Source of the DNA: Eledone cirrhosa
Taxonomy: Eukaryota
NCBI GenBank assembly: GCA_964016885.1
Contig: OZ024752.1
Location: 38,502,001 to 38,566,000, forward strand
Length of the DNA: 64,000 nucleotides
Reading direction: 5' to 3'
The notes beneath the pieces are model-generated. The model saw only the letters and a program-made list of their open reading frames with translations. It searched no databases and was not told the origin of the DNA. Positions 55,601 through 64,000 of the stretch are shown here, in pieces. Position 1 is the first letter of the stretch, and every line of letters begins with the position of its first letter. Both the position numbers and the translations under genes were made by a program.

Positions 55601-56718
55601 TGCATGTGTGGGTTACAAACAACCCACCCACCCCAAAAAAAAAAAAAAAAATTCACAAAAAAAATAGTAAATAAACTATAAGAGTACCAACTGTAAAGAA
55701 TTGTTAAGGACTCAAATAGTTTGTATTGGTAGCAATATTACTTCATTTAGTCACCTAAGATTGAAAGTAGTGATGAGTTGTCAATAGGTAATTGAATTGA
55801 CTCTCAACATCAAGGAAACACATTCTTGTTGGGAAAAAGGGAAGGGAAGTTTTGTATAAAAATATTATTTTTTTAGACATTATTTTTGGTTTTGTTTTGT
55901 TTTGTTTTGTTTTGTTTTGTTTTATTTTATTTTATTTTTTTTTATACCTTTTAATTAATTATACCAAATTTCTTTACATACGGATTTCAGATTTAGTTTG
56001 AAATCAACCTGAAAATACTAAGAGATAGAAAGAATATTGCTTCGTTTCATTTTCAGATATTTCCTAGAGATCTATAAATGTATAATGAAAAAGTTAGATT
56101 TTAGTGGGCGAAAGGACATTTTCATGGCAGTGTTGTTTGGAAGATAGATTAAGGTAGTGAAAAAAAAAAAAATGTTTTTTTTTTTTTGTTTTGTTTTTTT
56201 TTTGCTTTTTTTTGTTTTTTTAGAGAAATTCCCAATTATAGAATTGGTTTTCTGTTCTTAAATCATGTTGGAAAAAGAAAGAAAAAAAAAAATGAATTTT
56301 TTTGTTTTAACAAAATATCTTGAGATTTAATCAGTCAATAAAACTATTCATATAGTGAAGAATTATTTTTTTCTTTCTGTCAGTGTTAACAGTCATATAT
56401 GTCTGATGATAGAAGTAAGAGTTTCAAATATGTCAAGTTATTTCTACAGTATTTCACTAATGGTAAATAATAAATATTTTGTATGTAAATGATTGTTTTC
56501 TCTGAAAAAAAAAAAGAAAAAAAATGTCCCATGTTTCAGAAAATATATTTAGTTTCTTACAGACATGACTAACTATAAGTTCTAATAATTAGTATGGTGG
56601 TCAATATATAGTTTTTTGTTTATAATATAGATTGTCAATGTTGTTTTGTTATGCTTTACTATTAAAACTGCACTATACAGTAAGTTAAACATAATATTAA
56701 TATTAGTTAACAATAACA

Positions 56719-57154
56719 TTAACCCTTTAGCATTTAAAATGGCCGTATCCAACTAGAATTCTATCACCTCTTTCTATTCAAACTAGCTGTAACTGGCTGT
56801 AAATGGCCACTCATACTGACATTAACCCTATAGCATTTACATTACTCTATATATACTATTGTATTTTCACGGGAAACACTTTATTTCACATAATTATCTC
56901 ACATGATATCGAATCTATGAGATTTTGATATTATATATTTTGAGAACAATACCTTAACATGAGTATGAGCAGCTGGTTTATGGCTAGTTTGAACAGAAAG
57001 AGATATGGCCGGTTTAAATGCTAAAGGGTTAAGGTAATGTTCTCAAAATAAATGACATCAAAATCTCGTAGATTCCATATTATGTGAGATAATTATGTGA
57101 GATAAAGCCTTTACCATGAAAATACAATAGTATATATAGAGTAATATAAATGCT
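56719..57154. mobile_element. Family 1 piggyBac-like MITE nested (56822-57032, reverse) in the internal TTAA of another copy
   Basis: Outer ...cactcatactgacaTTAA[inner copy]TTAAggtaatg..., versus the intact cactcatactaatgTTAAggtattg at 28641-28665. Confidence 0.88.
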
Positions 57155-58189
57155 ATTATTATTACGGTATTTTCCAGAATACTCATCTTCAGCCATATTA
57201 TTCCAAGTTGATTACCATTATATTCTCCAAGGTTTAAAAAAAAACCTATTGACTCTGATCATTAACATTTATTTGTTATCATACTTTTGTTGAAGTTTTC
57301 ATGATTTGTGTTTATTTAGTAAAATCTGGCAAATGATTAGATGTCATCATTATAACCATTTAACGTCCATTTTTCCACATTAGCATGGGTTAGACGAGTT
57401 GTCCTGTTGTGAGACAAGCCAATGGGACAACCCGCTTAACCAATGCTAGCGTGGAAATCTTTTACTGAATATTTTAACAATCAGCACAGTTATATGATGT
57501 CTTAGTACCATTTTGCAAATCTACAGAGTTACATGAATTCTTGGAATAGTGTTTATATTAGTTTGATAGGGATGGACTAGATATTATTACTAGCAGTAAT
57601 CATTTTATCATAATATCAATACTAGTTATTTTTGCTGAAGTTAATGGAAAAAAATATGGTAAAGTGTTTTACCTTAGAAACGAAGAATTATTTGAATAAA
57701 CTTTAGAAATTGAATATATAGCTATATCTACAGCTGGACAGATACAGAGCTAAGAAGTTCAAAAGACAGTTGGTTAAGACAAAAAGATAGTAAATGAACC
57801 AATGGTTGTGTTTCTAAACCAGAGACAGACAAATCAAAATGCTGATGAATGCAGAAACATTGTTAGTTTTCAATCAACTACTTGATGGCAAAAACTGTAA
57901 AAACATCATGTAAATATGAAAAATATGGCAAAATTGGGGCCTGTGAAATATATATAATGTGAGCCATATTATTTTGGATCAGTGAGGATGTTTAATCAAA
58001 CTATATGGATATCTGTTGATCTTTACAGTGACATGCAGTTAATACTTTAAAGCAGATCATTATATATTTATCATTATTTAATGATTTAAGGACTGATTAA
58101 TGAGCTTCTAAATGGGAATTAGTTTTGGTTAACTTGATTTCAAGTATTCATATAATTTGATTTAGTTTAGATTTATCTATTAACTGATA

Positions 58190-58425
58190 TACTTATTAAT
58201 AGATCTATCAATTAGCTAGTATACCTATTAATAGATTTATCCAATAGCTAGTATACCTATTAATAGTTCTATCTATTAGCTGGTACACCTATTAATAAAT
58301 TTATCTATTAGCTAGTAGACCTATTAATAGATCTATCTGTTAGCTGGTATGTATATTAATATATCTATCTGTTAGCTGGTAGACCTATTAATAGATCTAT
58401 CTCAGCTGGTATACCTATTAATAAG
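58190..58425. repeat. ~32-bp degenerate minisatellite
   Basis: ctattaatagatctatct.ttagctggtatac repeated ~7 times. Confidence 0.85.
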
Positions 58426-59915
58426 AACTCTGAAGAACCTTTGAAAAATTTTGAAATAAGCTCGAAAATGTCTGTAACACTGATCATAAAAATTATAGAT
58501 TTTTTTTTTCCCCAAGATGCGACTTGAACACCTGTAATATATAATTGAATACAAAATATGTGAGTTATAAAATCTGAAGCTAATATAGAAGTCAGGTGTT
58601 TGGTTGGAGATAAAGAGAAATTATCTCAAATCATTTGTAGAGAATCTCAGCACATTACCTAATAAATGCATTTTGTCATAAATATTTCTAGTAACATTTG
58701 GACGGATAAATGTGTAAAAAGTTTTGTGAAGATTAGAAAGAAGATTAAGAGAATAATAGACAAATGTATTGAAATATAGAAAATACTTGTTAGATTATCA
58801 TTAATTCTCATACTTGGTTTTTCACCGTATGAATTGAGAAATTGGTATTAGAAAATTAATTAGCACATACATCAAAGATAGATATGATCAGAGAAGAGAA
58901 TTATTTTAACATGGCAATAGTGTTAGGCATTTAAAGTTTAAGTCTTTTTATGGCCTTATTTTAGAATAATTGTCTCTGCTTTACTCAAAGAGTTCCCAAA
59001 GATAGGATTTAGAGTTTACCAAAAATGGGTTAGTTATTTTGCTTAAACTTATGAAAATTTTACAAATGATTGAAAATACGTTGAAATAATGATGTTTTTT
59101 CCAGAGTTACCATCCAGCACCAAAGTGATTTTCAAGAAAAACCAACAACGAGTTATATCACAGGAAAAGATTTCAATGAACAAGTGAACTGCTTTCTTGG
59201 ACTAAGTCATAAATGAAAGACAAACACTTATGAGCAAAACAAACTAATGATTGGCTAACTGAAAATAATACTATATATTTTTTTTACCATATGTTTGTAC
59301 CAGATGTTAGACCATGTTTGAATAACACAGTAATGAAACTATTACCACAGATAGATTTTACCAGAATGTTACTTGACAAAACTTAAGACAAAAGATTTGA
59401 GTACACCAAGAACATAAATCAAACACATGGAGAATATAGAACTATTCAATATTTTAAGTGCTGTTGATTATACTAAACTTAGGCACTTCTCTGAGATGTA
59501 GCAGATCTAATTTGATATAAGTCATCTTACAGAGTAGATATGGTGCAACTTGTCGTAGCACCAATACAACCACTTTACAGAATGGACTGGGTGCTTTTCT
59601 TTTCATGGCACCAACATGACCCTTTTATAAGGTTGACTGGATGCTTTTTGTTGTGGTGCTAGCATGACTCTTATACAAGGTGGACTTGGTATATTTTGTC
59701 ATATAAAAAGACTAAGCAAGCATTAGGCATTTATCAATAACATAGCTAAAACTAGAGCTCAAAGGATAGAGTTGAAACTTCCTCAGTTGTTGGGCTGAAT
59801 TATAGTATGAACACATTTCTGGAATAGAGCAGCTGCTGAACATACAAACATTCGCAAGCAAATAAAGATAATCTGAATGGTTAGCAAACCTTCCATCACC
59901 AATGCACAACAACCT

Positions 59916-60136
59916 TGAACCCTTTAGCATTTAAACCTGCCATATCCAGCCAGAATTCTCTCACCTCTTTCTATTCGAACCAGCTGTAACTGGCCACTCA
60001 TGCTGATGTTAAGGTTTTATTCTCAAAATAAATAATATCAAAATCTCATAGATTTGATATTAAGTGAGATAAAGCCTTTACCATGAAAATATAGTATATA
60101 TCTATATATAGAGTAATGTAAATACTAAAGGGTTAA
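59916..60136 (+). mobile_element. piggyBac-like MITE (family 1)
   Basis: CCCTTTAGCATTTAAACC...CTAAAGGGTTAA. Confidence 0.85.
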
Positions 60137-60305
60137 TCTACAAACAAGCTGTGGTCTCTCTATTTATATCTTCTATCATATCTACAGACCCTTAGTCTAC
60201 CGACAGGCTGTGGTCTCTCTATTTATATCTTCTATCATATCTACAAACCCTTAGTCTACCGACAGGCTGTGGTCTCTCTATTTATATCTTCTATCATATC
60301 TACAA
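60137..60305. repeat. 59-bp tandem repeat, ~2.8 copies
   Basis: gctgtggtctctctatttatatcttctatcatatctaca repeated. Confidence 0.9.
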
Positions 60306-61224
60306 AGGTGCCTAGTCCCTTGAATATTTATACGGTTCCAATCTATAATTAATTGTATATATTATTAGTGTTTATATTTTCCTTCTGTAAGAATTATATA
60401 CTACTTGTAACATTATTTATACAACTGTCAATAAAATGTTCTTTGCCATCTGATATAAAAAAAAAATACTGGAGCTATATATCATATTTGCGATAACTCA
60501 ACTGATGACACCACCCTACATGCTCCTTCTATATCCTATATACCTACTATACCTCAACTTCTCCACCCAAACTAAGTATAAACAATTTAACTCTCCTCTC
60601 TAGAGCTTTCCTCTCTTTAACCCCCCCCCCACACACACACACACACACTCAACCAGTCTGATTTTTTTTTTTTTCTACAGAAGTTCAAGTTAGACATTAA
60701 CTGTAGCAACTTCATTGGTCTGAGAAGACTTGTAATGTCTTTTTGCATTTAGTCTCTCTCTCTCCCCCCCCTCTCTCTCCCCCTCCCTCCCTCTCTCCCT
60801 CCCTCCCTCTCTATCTCTAACTTGCACTATATGTTATTTAAAAAAAAAAAATATATTGACTATTATTAAACATGTGTTTTATTTCTAAATATATTTAGAA
60901 AGATTTCTTTGATATAGTCGGAAAGAAACATTTTAATAAAGCTCAAAAGCTCGCACCCGAGAATTTAGCTAATCAAAAACTGTCTTATTAAAACCTGCAG
61001 CTTTTTGTTAGAAGGACATGTCAACAGGAATGTTTGGAGAAATATTTAGAGTAAAAAAAAAAACATGGCTGAAGAAGGTAACTGATTAAATTCTTCTATT
61101 AACAGTTACAGCAAAATATTTAGTTTGTACAATAATTCTACATTATCTTTGATCTATTCACACTATAATATATACACACACACATCTGCAGTTGAGCTGG
61201 TAGTGTATATTTTATGTGTGTGTG

Positions 61225-63995
61225 GTCTATGTATAATGTGTATGTGTGTGTATGTCATTTATGTATAATGTGTATGTATGTGTATGTATATGTGTGTGTG
61301 TGTGTATGTATATGTGATGGTGTGTGATAGTGTGTGATGTGTATGTGATATGTGTGATGTATGTATATATGTATGTGGTGTATATGTGGTGTATATGTAT
61401 ATGTGAATATGTGAAGTATATATATGTGTATAGGTGTGTGATGCATGTATATGTGTATGTGGAGTATATATATGTGTGATGCATGTATATGTATATGTGA
61501 AGTATATATATGTGTGTGATGCATGTATATGTATATGTGAAGTATATATATGTGTATATATGTGTGTGATGCATGTATATGTGAAGTATATATATGTGTA
61601 TATATGTGTATGATGCATGTATATGTATATGTGAAGTATATATATGTGTATATGTGAAGTATATATATATGTGTATGTGAAGTATATATATATATGTGTA
61701 TATGTGTGTGATGCATGTATATGTATATGTGAAGTATATATATGTGTGTATATGTGTGTGATGCATGTATATGTGTATGTGAAGTATATATATGTGTGTA
61801 TATGTGTGTGAAGTATATATATGTGTATATGTGAAGTATATATGTGTGTGTATATATGTGTGATGCATGTATATGTGAAGTATATATATGTGCGTGTATA
61901 TGTGTGTGATGCATGTATATGTATATGTGAAGTATATATATATGTGTGTATATGTGTGTGATGCATGTATATGTGTATGTGAAGTATATATATGTGTGTA
62001 TATGTGTGTGATGCATGTATATGTGTATGTGAAGTATATATATGTGTGTGTATATGTGTGTGATGCATGTATATGTATATGTGAAGTATATATATATGTG
62101 TGTATATGTGTGTGATGCATGTATATGTGTATGTGAAGTATATATATGTGTATATGTGTGTGATGCATGTATATGTGTATGTGAAGTATATATATGTGTG
62201 TGTATATGTGTGTGATGCATGTATATGTATATGTGAAGTATATATATATGTGTGTATATGTGTGTGATGCATGTATATGTGTATGTGAAGTATATATATG
62301 TGTATATGTGTGTGATGCATGTATATGTGTATGTGAAGTATATATATATGTGTGTGTATATGTGTGTGATGCATGTATATGTATATGTGAAGTATATATA
62401 TGTGTATATATGTGTGTGATGCATGTATATGTATATGTGTAGTATATATATATGTGTATATATGTGTGATGCATATATATGTATATGTGAAGTATATATA
62501 TGTGTATATGTGAAGTATATATATATGTGTATATGTATATGTGAAGTATATATATATGTGTATATGTGTGTGATGCATATATATGTATATGTGAAGTATA
62601 TATATGTGTGTGTATATGTGAAGTATATATATGTGTGATGCATGTATATGTGTGTGAAGTATATATATGTGTATATGTGAAGTATATATATGTGTATATG
62701 TGAAGTATGTATATGTGTGTGATGCATGTATATGTGTATGTGAAGTATATATATATGTGTATATGTGAAGTATATATATATGTGTATATATGTGTGTGAT
62801 GCATGTATATGTGAAGTATATATATATGTGTATATGTGAAGTATATATATATGTGTATATGTGTGTGATGCATGTATATGTGTATGTGAAGTATATATAT
62901 ATATATATGTATATGTGTGTGATGCATGTATATGTGTATGTGAAGTATATATATATATATATGTGTATATGTGTGTGATGCATGTATATGTGTATATGTG
63001 AAGTATATATATGTGTATATGTGTGTGATGCATGTATATGTATATGTGAAGTATATATATGTGTATATGTGTGTGATGCATGTATATGTATATGTCAAGT
63101 ATGTATATGTGTATATGTGAAGTATATATATGTGTATATGTGTGTGATGCATGTATATGTAAAGTATATATATATGTGTATATGTGTGTGATGCATGTAT
63201 ATGTATATGTGAAGTATATATATATGTATATGTGAAGTATATATATGTGTATATGTGTGTGATGCATGTATATGTAAAGTATATATATATGTGTATATGT
63301 GTGTGATGCATGTATATGTATATGTGAAGTATATATATGTGTATATGTGTAGTATATATATATGTGTATATGTGTATGTGAAGTATATATATATGTGTGT
63401 ATATGTGTGTGAGGCATGTATATGTATATGTGAAGTATATATATGTGTGTGTATATGTGTGTGTGAAGTATATATATGTGTGTATATGTGTGTGATGCAT
63501 GTATATGTGTATGTGAAGTATATATATATATGTGTGTATATGCGTGTGATGCATGTATATGTATATGTGTGTGATGCATGTGATGTGTGTATGTGTAGGT
63601 GATGTATGTGTATGTGTGTGATGCATGTATGTGTATGTGTGTATATGTGTGTGATGCATGTATATGTTTATGTGTGTGGTGCATGTGATGTGTGTATGTG
63701 TAGGTGATGTATGTGTATGTGTGTGATGCATGTATATGTGTATGTGTGTATATGTGTGTGATGCATGTATATGTTTATGTGTGTGATGCATGTGATGTGT
63801 GTATGTGTAGGTGATGTATGTATATGTGTATGTGTGTGATGCATGTGATGTGTGTATGTGTAGGTGATGTATGTATATGTGTATGTGTGTGATGTATGTA
63901 TATGTGTGTCTATGTATGTGTATGTATATGTGTGTATATATATATATGTGTCTATGTGCGTGTGTATGCATATGCGTATGTGTATGTGTGTATAT
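61225..63995. repeat. ~2.8-kb compound minisatellite (GTGTGATGCATGTATATG...GTGAAGTATATATAT)
   Basis: Direct reading. Confidence 0.95.
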
Positions 63996-64000
63996 GGCGT

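Noticed and set aside
56395-56440. CTGATGA...CAAATATGTC
   Set aside because: Lacks GAAA and stem I.
57836-57872. CTGATGA-atgca-GAAA-cattgt
   Set aside because: Stem II cannot form and stem I does not pair; likely chance.

Overview
AT-rich eukaryotic (metazoan) non-coding DNA, most likely an octopus or other coleoid cephalopod. That assignment is inferred from the tRNA-derived SINE families, RTE-tailed SINEs and very long (TA)n tracts. Nearly all ORFs in the track are microsatellite or minisatellite artefacts. The one convincing intact ORF (5799-6242) encodes only the DNA-binding (DUF4817/HTH) half of a Tc1/mariner transposase. It sits behind a clean splice acceptor and between two inverted piggyBac-like MITEs, so it is a candidate domesticated gene. 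The rest is decayed TEs: Penelope-like GIY-YIG, RTE, CRE-like, mariner, piggyBac MITEs and SINEs, plus many minisatellites that visibly arose from TE pieces. The most notable hidden signal is a set of type I hammerhead ribozyme motifs read by eye. Three have canonical cores (22681-22745 +, 29803-29845 +, 45029-45099 -) and one is a core variant (43774-43853 +). There is also an inverted pair whose consensus rebuilds a perfect hammerhead (41376-41534), and several decayed copies. Most sit in short islands in or beside TA-rich or other simple-repeat tracts, and several occur with foldback inverted repeats. This suggests a non-coding, ribozyme-bearing Penelope-like/retrozyme element system. All calls are by manual inspection; no searches were run.
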